A stretch of DNA of 64,000 nucleotides from an uncultured Gemmatimonadales bacterium (GCA_963701965.1 OY969695.1:4320001-4384000), one strand, 5' to 3'; shown: positions 29,392 through 39,205, numbered from the stretch's first letter. The notes: generated by a model from the sequence alone, not told the origin. Numbers and translations: made by a program.

Positions 29392-30513
29392 ATGCGCGCA
29401 CCGGACGCCGTGGATCACCCGTACCGCGCGCCGCATGTAGCGCCGTCTGTCAGACTGCCGAGCCTTCGGCTCTCCGACACGACGCGCGCTGATGACGGCC
29501 CCGAACCGGCGCGCGCGCTCCTCGCCCACGCCGATCAGTTCCGTCATGCCGAATCCTGGTTGCCGGCGATCGCCGCCTACCGCGCCGCCATCGCGGGCGC
29601 GACCGACTCGACCGATCACATGCTCCTCGCCGAGGCCCACCTCCGCCTCGGCTTCTGCCTGCGCATGGCGGGCGACCTCGGCGCCGCCGCCGAGGCCTAC
29701 GCCGCGGCCAACACCCACGCCCAGGCCACGCGCGACATCCACCGCGCGCTCCTCTCCCGCGTCGGTGCCGCCGTCGTCGTCGCCAGTCGCGGCAACCTCC
29801 CGGCTGCCGCGATGATGCTGGAGGCCGTCGTCCTCGAGGCCGAGGCCCTCGTCTCGACGCAACCAGGCCTCGTCGATGCCATTGCCCGGGCCAAGCACGA
29901 CCGCGGCACGATCGCGCACGACCGCGGCGACCCCGCACGCGCCGTCGTCGACCTCTACGATGCCTATCATCTCTATGGCGACTCGACCCAACGCGACCGC
30001 GTCCTCATCGACCTCGCCCGCGCCTTCGCCGACCTCGATCTGATCGACGTCGCGCGCGACGCCCTCCGGTTGTGCCACGCCGGCGCAGCAGGCCCGGCGG
30101 CGCGTACCACCGCCGCCATCAACCTGTTGGACATCGCCCAACGCGAGGGCGACGAGGCGATGTTCGAGCACCACCGCCGCGCCCTCGCCCACGACATGCT
30201 CGTGCCGCGCCACGCCGCGTTCTATCACCTTTTCGCGGGCGAAGGCCTCCGGCGATTCGGGCACCTGGGCGCCGCGCACGCCGCGTTCGCCCAAGCCCGC
30301 GATATCGCCGCCCATCACGGGTTGGGCGCGGTGCTCATTCGCGCCGACGCCGCGCTCGCCGATGGCACCGGGGCCGATAGCCCGCCGCATGCCCACGCCC
30401 CGCGCACCGCACCCGCGCCGGTGCAGCGCGTCGCCGCCGGCATCGCCGCCATGTTCGCCTCGAGCCCCTACGCCGATCACCCTTGGCCAACGATCGTCGT
30501 CGACGAGCGGTAG
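29392..30513 (+). CDS. TPR-like alpha-solenoid protein (paralog of 17163..18665)
   Basis: GFCLRMAGDLGAAAEAY, AKHDRGTIA, RDRVLIDLA, FYHLFAGEGLRRFG align by eye with the 17 kb protein. Confidence 0.7.
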   Translation: MRAPDAVDHPYRAPHVAPSVRLPSLRLSDTTRADDGPEPARALLAHADQFRHAESWLPAIAAYRAAIAGATDSTDHMLLAEAHLRLGFCLRMAGDLGAAAEAYAAANTHAQATRDIHRALLSRVGAAVVVASRGNLPAAAMMLEAVVLEAEALVSTQPGLVDAIARAKHDRGTIAHDRGDPARAVVDLYDAYHLYGDSTQRDRVLIDLARAFADLDLIDVARDALRLCHAGAAGPAARTTAAINLLDIAQREGDEAMFEHHRRALAHDMLVPRHAAFYHLFAGEGLRRFGHLGAAHAAFAQARDIAAHHGLGAVLIRADAALADGTGADSPPHAHAPRTAPAPVQRVAAGIAAMFASSPYADHPWPTIVVDER

Positions 30514-30579
30514 TTCGCTACGCATCCTCGCGCGATCGCGTATTTGCCGTCGCGTCGGTCTCCGGCCTACATTCCAAGA

Positions 30580-31017
30580 ATGCGTCGTCCACTGTCGCCC
30601 GGCTCCATCGTCGCTCTCGTCGCGCTCGCTGCCTGCGGTGCCACGCTGTGGCCGACGACCTCGGTCAAAGTCAACGGCTACGTTCCCGATTTGTACGGGT
30701 GCGCCGCCGCCAGCGCCCGATCGCTGAAGTACAAGCTGACCGTGACCGACTCCGGCGACGGGCGATTCGAAGCACGCCGGAAATACAGCCTGGCCCGCGG
30801 AGGGCCGGATGTCGATGAGTACGACCGCGCCGACGTGCTCAACGTGACGATCACGAAGTCCGCCAGCGACTCCGCCGGACCCGCGCTGTTCAAGGTGCAG
30901 GCCGGCACGATCTCCGCTCACGGCGAAAAGCGTGGACCGACCGAAGTCACCGAGTACGCGTCACCCGCCGCGCAGCAAGACGCCAAGACCATACTGACGC
31001 GCTGCGCCAGTACCTAG
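30580..31017 (+). CDS. Hypothetical lipoprotein
   Basis: MRRPLSPGSIVALVALAAC, lipobox LAAC. Confidence 0.7.
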   Translation: MRRPLSPGSIVALVALAACGATLWPTTSVKVNGYVPDLYGCAAASARSLKYKLTVTDSGDGRFEARRKYSLARGGPDVDEYDRADVLNVTITKSASDSAGPALFKVQAGTISAHGEKRGPTEVTEYASPAAQQDAKTILTRCAST

Positions 31018-31051
31018 CGGTCCCGATCACTGGGGCATACAATATGGCCCC

Positions 31052-31693
31052 ATGCGCACATACCTCACGGAGTTCATCGGCACGTTCTTTCTCGTGCTGA
31101 CCGTCGGCTTGGCGGGCCTGTCCGGCTCGCCGCTGGCGCCGCTGGCGATAGGTTCGTCGCTGATGATCATGGTGTATATGGGCGGTCACATCTCGGGCGG
31201 CCACTACAATCCGGCCGTCTCGCTGGCCGTGTGGTTGCGCGGCAAGATCGACGGGGCGACGTGGGTCGCGTACGTCGTGAGCCAACTCCTTGGCGCCATC
31301 GCCGCCGCGCTGGTCGTCTACATCATCCTCGGCCAAACGTTCGCCGCGGCTCCCGCCCAGACGGCGAGCACGCTCCAGGCCCTGCTCGTCGAGACGCTCT
31401 ACACCTTCGCGCTGTGCATCGTGGTCCTCGACACCGCGACCGACCCCGACACGGCAGGCAACTCGTACTACGGTCTCGCGATCGGCTTCACGATCGTGGT
31501 CGCGGCCTTCGCGGGCGGCGGCATCTCCGGGGGCGCGTTCAACCCCGCCGTCGGCACGGGCCCGATCCTCGTGAGCGCCATCCTCACCCACGGCACGCTC
31601 GCCAACCTCTGGCTGTATCTCGTCGGCCCATTCCTTGGCGGTGCGCTGGCCGCCTGGGTCTATAAAGTCCAGCACCCGGCACCCGTCGCCTGA
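31052..31693 (+). CDS. Aquaporin / MIP-family channel
   Basis: EFIGTF, HISGGHYNPAVS, ISGGAFNPAV (two NPA motifs). Confidence 0.95.
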   Translation: MRTYLTEFIGTFFLVLTVGLAGLSGSPLAPLAIGSSLMIMVYMGGHISGGHYNPAVSLAVWLRGKIDGATWVAYVVSQLLGAIAAALVVYIILGQTFAAAPAQTASTLQALLVETLYTFALCIVVLDTATDPDTAGNSYYGLAIGFTIVVAAFAGGGISGGAFNPAVGTGPILVSAILTHGTLANLWLYLVGPFLGGALAAWVYKVQHPAPVA

Positions 31694-32832
31694 ACACGCC
31701 GCCGTCCTTCAACCTCCGCCTGCAGCGGCTCACGTGCTTCGCGTGCGGCCGCTCGGTGGGGGCGAGAGAGCTTCGCACCGTCTGCCCAACCTGCGGCATG
31801 CCTCTCCGCGTCGACTATGCGCTCGACGCGGACACGCTGCCGCGCGCCGTCCTGGCGGGCCGCACATCGTCCCTGTGGCGATATCGTGAGGTGCTCCCCC
31901 TCGCCGCGGGCGAGGTCACGCTCGCCGAGGGCTGGACGCCGCTCATCGAAGTCGCCGACGGCGTCTGGGTCAAGGATGAGGGCCGCAATCCGACCGCCTC
32001 GTTCAAAGCCCGCGGCATGTCTTTGGCCGTCTCCGTCGCCCGCGCGCTCGGCGTCCGCGCCCTGTCGGCGCCATCCGCCGGCAACGCCGCGGGCGCGCTG
32101 GCCGCGTACGGGGCCGCCGCCCACATCCCGGTCGTCGTCGCCATGCCGGAGGACACGCCCCGGGCGTTTGTCGAAGAGTGTCGCCTCTTCGGCGCCGAGG
32201 TCCATCTCGTGCCCGGCACCATCTCCAATGCCGGCCGCTGGCTGCGCGAAAACGGACCCGCCGATGCCTTCGACGTCTCCACGCTGCGCGAGCCCTATCG
32301 CGTCGAAGGCAAGAAGACGATGGCGTATGAGCTGTTCGAGCAGCTCGCCGGCGGTTTGCCCGATGTCATCGTCTATCCAACCGGCGGTGGAACAGGGCTC
32401 GTCGGGATGTGGAAGGCGTTCGACGAGATGCGGGCGCTGGGCTGGCTCCCGTCGATGACCCCGCTGCCCCGCTTCGTGTCGGTCCAGGCGGCCGGGTGCG
32501 CGCCCGTCGTCCGCGGATTCACGGCCCGCGCCGATCGGACCGAGCCCTGGGTTGGCGCCGAAACGGAAGCCTATGGACTCCGCGTGCCGGCTCCACTCGG
32601 AGGATTCATCTGCCTCCGCGCCCTCTACGATACCCGCGGGACGGCCATTGCCATCGAGGAGTCAGCGATCGAGCCGGCGACCCGGGCCCTGGCCGCTCGC
32701 TCGGGACTCGACATTTGCCCGGAGGCAGGGGCCGCTTGGGCCGCCTTCGAATGTCTTCGCGAAACGGGCTGGATCGCCCCGCACGAGCGGGTCGTCATCT
32801 TCAATACGGGGAGTGGACTCAAATATCGATAG
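31690..32832 (+). CDS. thrC: Threonine synthase family (fold-type II PLP) with N-terminal Zn ribbon
   Basis: LTCFACG...CPTCG, SLWRY, EGWTPL, NPTASFKARG, SAGNA, PYRVEGKKT, PTGGG, FNTGSGLKY. Start inferred at CTG 31690. Confidence 0.8.
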   Translation: MNTPPSFNLRLQRLTCFACGRSVGARELRTVCPTCGMPLRVDYALDADTLPRAVLAGRTSSLWRYREVLPLAAGEVTLAEGWTPLIEVADGVWVKDEGRNPTASFKARGMSLAVSVARALGVRALSAPSAGNAAGALAAYGAAAHIPVVVAMPEDTPRAFVEECRLFGAEVHLVPGTISNAGRWLRENGPADAFDVSTLREPYRVEGKKTMAYELFEQLAGGLPDVIVYPTGGGTGLVGMWKAFDEMRALGWLPSMTPLPRFVSVQAAGCAPVVRGFTARADRTEPWVGAETEAYGLRVPAPLGGFICLRALYDTRGTAIAIEESAIEPATRALAARSGLDICPEAGAAWAAFECLRETGWIAPHERVVIFNTGSGLKYR

Positions 32833-32964
32833 CACGCTATCTCGTTGGCCGCCGTCGAGTTGGGCCATGTTGTCGCGCGCTGGCCGGTTTGGGGCGGTAG
32901 GTGTATGTTACGAGCGCTATACAACCCCGAGAGCCTGTGAAATCCAGCACACGACCGTACCACG

Positions 32965-34188
32965 ATGAGAATGGCGGAGGCAGCCCCCTCGGTGCCGGTG
33001 GCCGCGTCATCGGACGTCTTTGCGAAGACGCGCGAGTTCACGCGACTAGCCGAAGTCAAAGAGGCTGGGCTGTATCCGTATTTCATCCCGACCGAGGCCT
33101 CGACTGGTACCGAGGTCATGGTCGAGGGGAAACGGCGTGTGATGATCGGGTCCAACAATTATCTCGGACTGACCCACGATCCGCGGGTCATCGCCGCCGC
33201 TCAGGCGGCGATTGCCAAATATGGCAGCGCCTGTACGGGGAGTCGCTTCCTGAACGGCAACACGGACCTGCACGATCGGATCGAGGTACGCCTCGCCGCG
33301 CTAACCGGAAAAGAGGCCGGTCTCGTTTTCTCCACCGGTTTCCAGACGAACCTGGGCGTGATCTCCACGCTGGTCGGCCGTAGCGACACGGCTTACATCG
33401 ACAAGCTCGATCACGCCAGCATCGTCGACGGCTGCTTTCTCGCGGCCGGCGATACCGTGCGCTTCCGGCACGGCGATCTCGCGGAGCTGGAGACCAAGCT
33501 CCAGCGCGCCAAGCCGGGCGGCAAGTTGATCGTCGTCGACGGCGTGTTCAGCATGGAAGGGGACATCGTCGATCTCCCCCGCCTCGTGCGGATCTGCCAG
33601 CAGTACGATGCGCGCCTCGTCATCGATGACGCGCACTCCGTCGGCGTCCTCGGCGCTACCGGCGCCGGCACGGCGGAGCACTTCGGGCTGACGGACCAGG
33701 TGGACCTCATCGTCGGCACGTTCAGCAAATCGTTCGCGTCGATCGGTGGCTTCGTCACCGGCGACCGCCCGGTCATCGACTATCTCAAGCACCATGCCCG
33801 CGCGTTGATCTTCAGCGCGTCCATGCCGCCCTCGGCTTGCGCGGCCGTGCTCACGTGCCTCGACATCATGGAGGCGGAGCCGGAACGGCGTCTCCGGCTG
33901 TGGGAGAATGCCGACTACATGCGCGCGGGACTGCGGTCGCTGGGCTATGATACCGGCGTCAGCGAGACGCCGATCGTCCCGGTGCTGATCGGCAACGATC
34001 TGCTCACGTTTCATTTCTGGCGCTCGCTGTTCGACCACGGCGTGTTCACCAACCCGGTGGTGGCGCCCGCGGTCCCCGAGAAAGAATCGCGGATCCGGAC
34101 GTCCTATTCGGCCACGCACACGCGCGATCAGCTGGACTTCGTGCTCGAGGTGTTCGCCAAAGTCGGCCGGGCGGCGGGCGTCATCTGA
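32965..34188 (+). CDS. spt: Serine palmitoyltransferase-like alpha-oxoamine synthase
   Basis: LYPYF, GSNNYLGL, GSRFLNG, DHASI, DDAHSVG, GTFSKS (PLP Lys); context with GNAT and SDR genes. Confidence 0.8.
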   Translation: MRMAEAAPSVPVAASSDVFAKTREFTRLAEVKEAGLYPYFIPTEASTGTEVMVEGKRRVMIGSNNYLGLTHDPRVIAAAQAAIAKYGSACTGSRFLNGNTDLHDRIEVRLAALTGKEAGLVFSTGFQTNLGVISTLVGRSDTAYIDKLDHASIVDGCFLAAGDTVRFRHGDLAELETKLQRAKPGGKLIVVDGVFSMEGDIVDLPRLVRICQQYDARLVIDDAHSVGVLGATGAGTAEHFGLTDQVDLIVGTFSKSFASIGGFVTGDRPVIDYLKHHARALIFSASMPPSACAAVLTCLDIMEAEPERRLRLWENADYMRAGLRSLGYDTGVSETPIVPVLIGNDLLTFHFWRSLFDHGVFTNPVVAPAVPEKESRIRTSYSATHTRDQLDFVLEVFAKVGRAAGVI

Positions 34189-34205
34189 GCACGGCAACGC
34201 CCGTC

Positions 34206-35318
34206 ATGGTCTCGGCGGCGCGTTCCGACGCCGACCGCGCGGCCTTCATCGAGCTCCCGTATCGCCTGTATCGGGGCAACGCGCAGTGGATCCCGCCGCT
34301 CCGCCGCGATGTCGCCCACATGCTGTCACCGACCCACCCGTTCTATCAGCACGCCCAGGCCGAACTCTTTCTGGCGCGCGACGGGGACGGCACCGTGGTC
34401 GGCCGCGTGGCCGCGATCAAGAACGACGCGCACACCGCGGAACATGGCGACGGCGTCGGATTTTTCGGATTTTTCGAGTCGGAGCGCGACCCGGCCGTCG
34501 CGGCGGCGTTGTTCAATGCTGCCCGCGCCTGGCTCGCCGCCCGCGGACTCACGGTCATGCGGGGCCCCGTGAGTCCGTCGATCAATGACGAAGTGGGTCT
34601 CCTGGTGGATGGATTCGACCACCCGCCGGTCGTCATGATGCCGTACAATCCACCCACGTACGCCGAGCTCATCGAATCCTACGGGTTCAAGAAGGCCAAG
34701 GATCTCATCGCGTACTTGCACGTCAAGGAATCCACCGACGTCGATCGCGTCGTGCGCGCGGCGGACATTCTGGCCAAGCGCAACAAGATCGTGGTGCGAC
34801 CGCTGAACCTGAAGCACTTCCAGGCGGAAGTCGATCGCGTGCGGTTCCTGTACAACACGGCCTGGGAAGCGAACTGGGGGGCCGTGCCCATGACCGACGC
34901 CGAATTCGCCGATCTGGCCAAACAACTCAAGCCCGTCGTCGTCCCGGAGCTCGTCGCGTTCGGCGAAGTGGACGGTCAGCTCGCGGGCTTCGCGCTGGCG
35001 CTGCCGGACCTCAACGTGGCGCTCAAGCACATGGACGGCCGGTTGTTTCCGTTCGGCTGGGCCAAGGCGCTCTGGTACAGCCGCAAAGTGCCGGGCCTCC
35101 GCGTGCTGACGCTCGGTGTCCTGCCGCAGTACCGCCGCACCGGTCTCGCCGAGCTGCTCTACCTGGCGATCGTCCGCAACGGTCTGGCCCGCGGCATGGT
35201 GTACGGGGAATCGTCCTGGATTCTGGAGGACAATTTCTTGATGCGGCAAGCGATCGAGAAGATCGGCGGACGGGCATACAAGACGTATCGCCTCTACGAC
35301 GTGCCGATCAGGAGCTGA
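34206..35318 (+). CDS. GNAT-fold N-acyltransferase, probable bacterial ceramide synthase (bCerS-like)
   Basis: FIELPYRLY..WIPPL, VGRVAA, GFFGFFE, MMPYNPPTY, LYNTAWEANWG, LGVLPQYR, SWILEDN, YKTYRLY. Confidence 0.75.
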   Translation: MVSAARSDADRAAFIELPYRLYRGNAQWIPPLRRDVAHMLSPTHPFYQHAQAELFLARDGDGTVVGRVAAIKNDAHTAEHGDGVGFFGFFESERDPAVAAALFNAARAWLAARGLTVMRGPVSPSINDEVGLLVDGFDHPPVVMMPYNPPTYAELIESYGFKKAKDLIAYLHVKESTDVDRVVRAADILAKRNKIVVRPLNLKHFQAEVDRVRFLYNTAWEANWGAVPMTDAEFADLAKQLKPVVVPELVAFGEVDGQLAGFALALPDLNVALKHMDGRLFPFGWAKALWYSRKVPGLRVLTLGVLPQYRRTGLAELLYLAIVRNGLARGMVYGESSWILEDNFLMRQAIEKIGGRAYKTYRLYDVPIRS

Positions 35319-36301
35319 CGATCGCGGCTCGTGAACGCTCGGCGCTGATCACGGGCGCCAGCGGGTTCGTGGGAGGCCACCTCGCCGAAGCGCTGCTCGC
35401 CGACGGCTGGCGCGTGCGATGCCTCGTGCGGCGCGACAGCAACACCCGCTGGCTTCCGAAAGACCGCGTGGAACTGGCCGTGGGCGAGATCGCGCCCGGG
35501 CCCGCGCTCGACGCCGCGATACGCGGCACCTCCACGGTGTTCCACCTGGCCGGTCTGACATCGGCCCGCCACCCCGCCGACTACACGCGCATCAATGTCG
35601 GCTGCACGCAAGCGGTGCTCGACGCGATGCGCGCCGGCGCCCCGGATGCGACGCTGGTCTTCTGCTCGAGCCTGTCCGCCGCCGGCCCCGCGCGCGAAGG
35701 GCGCCCGTTGAAGGAGACAGACGCGCCGCAGCCTATTGGCCCCTACGGCGTGTCGAAGCTGGCCGCCGAGCGGCTCATCATCGCCAGCGAGCTGCGGCAC
35801 GTGATCGTGCGTCCGCCCGCCGTCTACGGTCCGCGGGACGCGGACATCCTGTTCGCGTTTCGGCTGGCGTCGGCGGGCGTCGCCATCCGCATTGGCCCGC
35901 GGGGCCAGAAGCTCTCCCTCGTCCACGTGCGCGACCTGGCCGCGGGGTTTCTGGCCGCCGCCGCGGCGACGCACGCCCGCGGCGTGTACTACGTGAGCGG
36001 GGATACCCACGCCTGGGAAGAGATCGTTGGGGGTATCGGGGCCGCGGTGGGACGCCGGGCCCGCGTGATCGGCCTCCCGCGGCCTCTCGTGCGGACCGCG
36101 GCGCGGCTCAACCGCCTCGCGGCGCGCATCATCGGCGCCAAGCCGCTGCTCACGCCGGAGCGCGTCAATGATCTGGTCCAGCCTGACTGGAGCTGCGACA
36201 ATGGGCGCGCCCGCCGCGAGCTGGGCTACCTGTCCGGTGTCCCTTTGACCGAGGGGCTCAACGAGACGGCGGCGTGGTATCGGCAGAACGGCTGGTTGTA
36301 A
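35315..36301 (+). CDS. NAD-dependent epimerase/dehydratase (SDR), probable ceramide reductase (CerR-like)
   Basis: ALITGASGFVG lies upstream of the ORF-track start; FHLAG, YGVSK, RPPAVYGPRD. Start inferred at CTG 35315. Confidence 0.75.
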   Translation: MTIAARERSALITGASGFVGGHLAEALLADGWRVRCLVRRDSNTRWLPKDRVELAVGEIAPGPALDAAIRGTSTVFHLAGLTSARHPADYTRINVGCTQAVLDAMRAGAPDATLVFCSSLSAAGPAREGRPLKETDAPQPIGPYGVSKLAAERLIIASELRHVIVRPPAVYGPRDADILFAFRLASAGVAIRIGPRGQKLSLVHVRDLAAGFLAAAAATHARGVYYVSGDTHAWEEIVGGIGAAVGRRARVIGLPRPLVRTAARLNRLAARIIGAKPLLTPERVNDLVQPDWSCDNGRARRELGYLSGVPLTEGLNETAAWYRQNGWL

Positions 36302-37250
36302 CCCACACCAGCGTCAACCCGATCGCGATCCAGATCATCTCGCGGATGCGGCTCACGATCGAGGCGTAGACGCCGAGGTCGGCGGGAAGCCCCAACAAAT
36401 GGAAGATGAGTGAGAGGCCGCCTTCCTTCGATCCCAGCTCGAACGGGACGAAGAAGGTCACGTTGGTGATGAACTGGGCGAACGCGCCGATGGTGAACGC
36501 TGTCAGATAGTCGATCTCCAGGCCCATGGCCCGGGCAATGAACAGGTACTCGAGCATCGACACCGCGCGCCCCAGATACTCGGCGCCCAGCGCGATGTAG
36601 ATACTGCGCCGGTCGTGCACCGCCATGGCCGTGAGCTGCTCGTCGATGCCGATCAGCGCCGCGCGGCGCGGCTCGAGCCGCCGGGCTGCGATCCGTAGCA
36701 CTGGCACGCGGGCCGCGCCGTCGAGGAGCCGCACCACGAATCCGTGGCGAAAAAACCCGCCCAGCACCACGAAGATCGTGGTGAACGCGGCGGTCAGCAC
36801 GACGAGCGAGAGCGTCGTTGCCCGCGAGTGCGGCAGCAGGAGGAACGCGAGCGGCATCGCCGAGATCCAGAACAGGATCTGGCCGAGGGTGTGGATCACG
36901 CGAAAGCTCACGACCGATGCCGCCGACCGCGCCGCGCCGACCCACGGCGTGGCCGCCGCGACGCGAAACGGCTCGCCGCCGAGCGCGACCACCGGTGTCA
37001 CGTAGTTGATCGCGAAACTCGCGACGTTGATCGCGTAGGCGCGCCCGAAGGGCACGGCGTTTCCCATGACCCGCCGCCAGGCGATCGTGTTGAGCACGTA
37101 CACGACGCCCCACGCCAACACGGACGGCAGGATCGCCCACTTCGCCTCGGCGAGCGTCCGGAGCAGTCCGGGCAGCCCCGCGTGGTAAATCAGGAAAATG
37201 AATACGGCCGCCGCGCTGACGAAGACCAGCGCCTGGAGGCGGCGGCTCAC
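36258..37250 (-). CDS. Lysylphosphatidylglycerol-synthase-TM / flippase-like membrane protein
   Basis: AINYVTPVVALGGEPFR, FFVPFELGSKEGG, SRIREMIW; many TM helices. Confidence 0.85.
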   Translation of the reverse strand: MSRRLQALVFVSAAAVFIFLIYHAGLPGLLRTLAEAKWAILPSVLAWGVVYVLNTIAWRRVMGNAVPFGRAYAINVASFAINYVTPVVALGGEPFRVAAATPWVGAARSAASVVSFRVIHTLGQILFWISAMPLAFLLLPHSRATTLSLVVLTAAFTTIFVVLGGFFRHGFVVRLLDGAARVPVLRIAARRLEPRRAALIGIDEQLTAMAVHDRRSIYIALGAEYLGRAVSMLEYLFIARAMGLEIDYLTAFTIGAFAQFITNVTFFVPFELGSKEGGLSLIFHLLGLPADLGVYASIVSRIREMIWIAIGLTLVWVTTSRSADTTPPSR

Positions 37251-38322
37251 GATCGCACGTCGATCTGACTCACGTCCACCTGACTCACGTCCACCTGACT
37301 CACGTCCACCTGACAGCCGGTGGGCGCTGACTCGTACGCGGCCTCGAGGACCGCGGCGATACGCGTGATGTCGTCGAGCGCGGCGTCGGCTTCGCCGCGG
37401 TCGAGCGCGTCGGCGAAGGTGCGAAAGAGCGCCGTGAACCAACCGGCGTAGGCGCGCTTGTCGAGCTGGGCGCTGAAATCGTGCGACACCCGCTGCGGCG
37501 CGGCGCGTCCGGCGTCGCGTTCCAGCGTCAGGATCCCGCCCAACCAATCGATCGTCCCGCGCTCGCCAATGATCCGCACGCGGTTCTCCCGGTGGCTCGC
37601 CGCCCAGGTCAGGAAGAGCGTGGAGAGACGGTCGTCGAACTGGATCACGAGCTGCGCGCTGTCCTCGACCCCGTAGCCATGGTGGCGTAGGCGCCCCGTC
37701 CAGGCCCGCACCGATCGTGGCTCCCCCGCGAGATCGAACAGCGAATACAGCAGGTGGGTGCCGTGGTCGAGCAGGATGCCGCCGCCGCTATCGGATTGCA
37801 CGACGCGCCAGGGCTGGGCATCGCGCGAGGTGCCGCTGTCGGCTCCGGTGCGGTAGACCGACAGCTCGGCCAATGCCAGCGGCCGATCATGTCCTCGTCG
37901 ATCCATTGACGGATCTGCTGCCAGACCGGATTGAAGCGATACTGGTGGCACGGGAAGACAATGCGGCGCGCGCGCCGCGCGGCCGCGACCAATCGCTCGG
38001 CGTCAGCCCGCGTCGTAGCGACCGGCTTTTCGCAGAGCACATGGAGGCCATGCTCGAGTGCCCACAGGGCGAGCGGCATGTGCGACGCGCTCGGCGTGCA
38101 GACGTCGACGAAGTCGAGGGGCCCGCTGGCTAACAAGGCGTCCGGCGTCCGTACGATCGCGATGCCGTCGAGCGGGCCGACGTTGGGGTCGGCGTCGAGG
38201 GCGGCGACAATCCCGAGACGACTGGCGAGACTCTCGTCCTGGCGGAATCCGGGCAGGTGGGCCGTGCGGGCAATGCCACCAGCGCCGATCAGCGCACCGC
38301 GATAGGGCCCGCTAGTCCGCAC
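37247..38322 (-). pseudogene. Gfo/Idh/MocA oxidoreductase with a single-base deletion frameshift near 37872
   Basis: IGAGGIA, DVCTP, HVLCEKP, HQYRF in one frame; GGGILLDHGTH and VEDSA in another. Join at CAT-T(T)G-GCC. Confidence 0.8.
37265..37314. repeat. 15-bp tandem repeat, three copies plus a partial
   Basis: ctgactcacgtccac x3 + ctgac; encodes (QVDVS)n at the oxidoreductase C-terminus. Confidence 0.95.
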
Positions 38323-39205
38323 CAACAGGCTCCGCGCGGGTCGCGTCGACTGTGCGGTCGGCGTCGGCGAGCACGCGAACGGCAGCCCGCTCGGTGTCAA
38401 TGACGAGGAAGATCAGGGCGAGATTCAAAGGAAGAATGGTGATCCACAGCATACCCGCTGGCCATCCGGGCACCGCGGTGACCAGCAGCAGCGCCCAGCG
38501 CGCATTCTGCCCGAGCCACCCGCACCGCGCGACCAACGGCTCGGCGGCAGCCTGATAGACCGCGCGCACGCGATCCGGCAAGCCTTCGCGTCGCCGCCGG
38601 CGCTCCAGACGCACGGACATGGGGAAGATGTGGGCCTGGCGGCGGACGTACGCCGCGAAGAGGCGTGCGGGCAGCGCCCTGCCGGTGGCATCCTCCGGTA
38701 GCTCCAGTTCGCTGCCGCCGCTGTCCCCATCGACCACCGACAGAAACGCGTGCCGGATGAAATCGACCGCGGCGCTTTGCCACGAGTGGCTGACCACCGC
38801 GGCCAACACCAGGCCTCCGGCCGCCATCCATGGCCAACCGCCGTGCACGATCAGCCGGGCCAGGATATGTCCGTAGAGACTCGCGAACCGGGCGTTGTCG
38901 GCCAGTCCATCGAGGATCCGTCCCATGCGCGTCGACGTCCCCCTGATGCGCGCCAGTTGGCCGTCGGCGCTGTCCAGGATGTCGGAGACGATGAAGAGCG
39001 CCCACCCCAGGGCGTTGATCGCCGGGCTCGTGTAGTAGAAGAGGTGCCCGGCGACCAGCCCGATCACCAGGCTCCACATGGTCACCTGATCGGCCGAGAC
39101 GGGCGTCGGCGCCAGCGCACGGGCCAGCCGCACGCCTATGGGCCGAAAGAAGTGGAGATCGATCCACTCCTCGACCGCTTCGCCCTTCGTCGCCAGATCG
39201 GTCAC
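38312..39205 (-). CDS. CDP-alcohol phosphatidyltransferase
   Basis: EEWIDLHFFRPIG; signature DILDSADGQLARIRGTSTRMGRILDGLAD. GTG at 39205. Confidence 0.92.
   Translation of the reverse strand: MTDLATKGEAVEEWIDLHFFRPIGVRLARALAPTPVSADQVTMWSLVIGLVAGHLFYYTSPAINALGWALFIVSDILDSADGQLARIRGTSTRMGRILDGLADNARFASLYGHILARLIVHGGWPWMAAGGLVLAAVVSHSWQSAAVDFIRHAFLSVVDGDSGGSELELPEDATGRALPARLFAAYVRRQAHIFPMSVRLERRRRREGLPDRVRAVYQAAAEPLVARCGWLGQNARWALLLVTAVPGWPAGMLWITILPLNLALIFLVIDTERAAVRVLADADRTVDATRAEPVGAD

Noticed and set aside
32965..34188. bioF or kbl
   Set aside because: No biotin or tdh neighbours; motifs and GNAT/SDR context favour Spt, though not formally excluded.
37265..37314. CRISPR array
   Set aside because: 15-bp contiguous repeats with no spacers and no cas genes.
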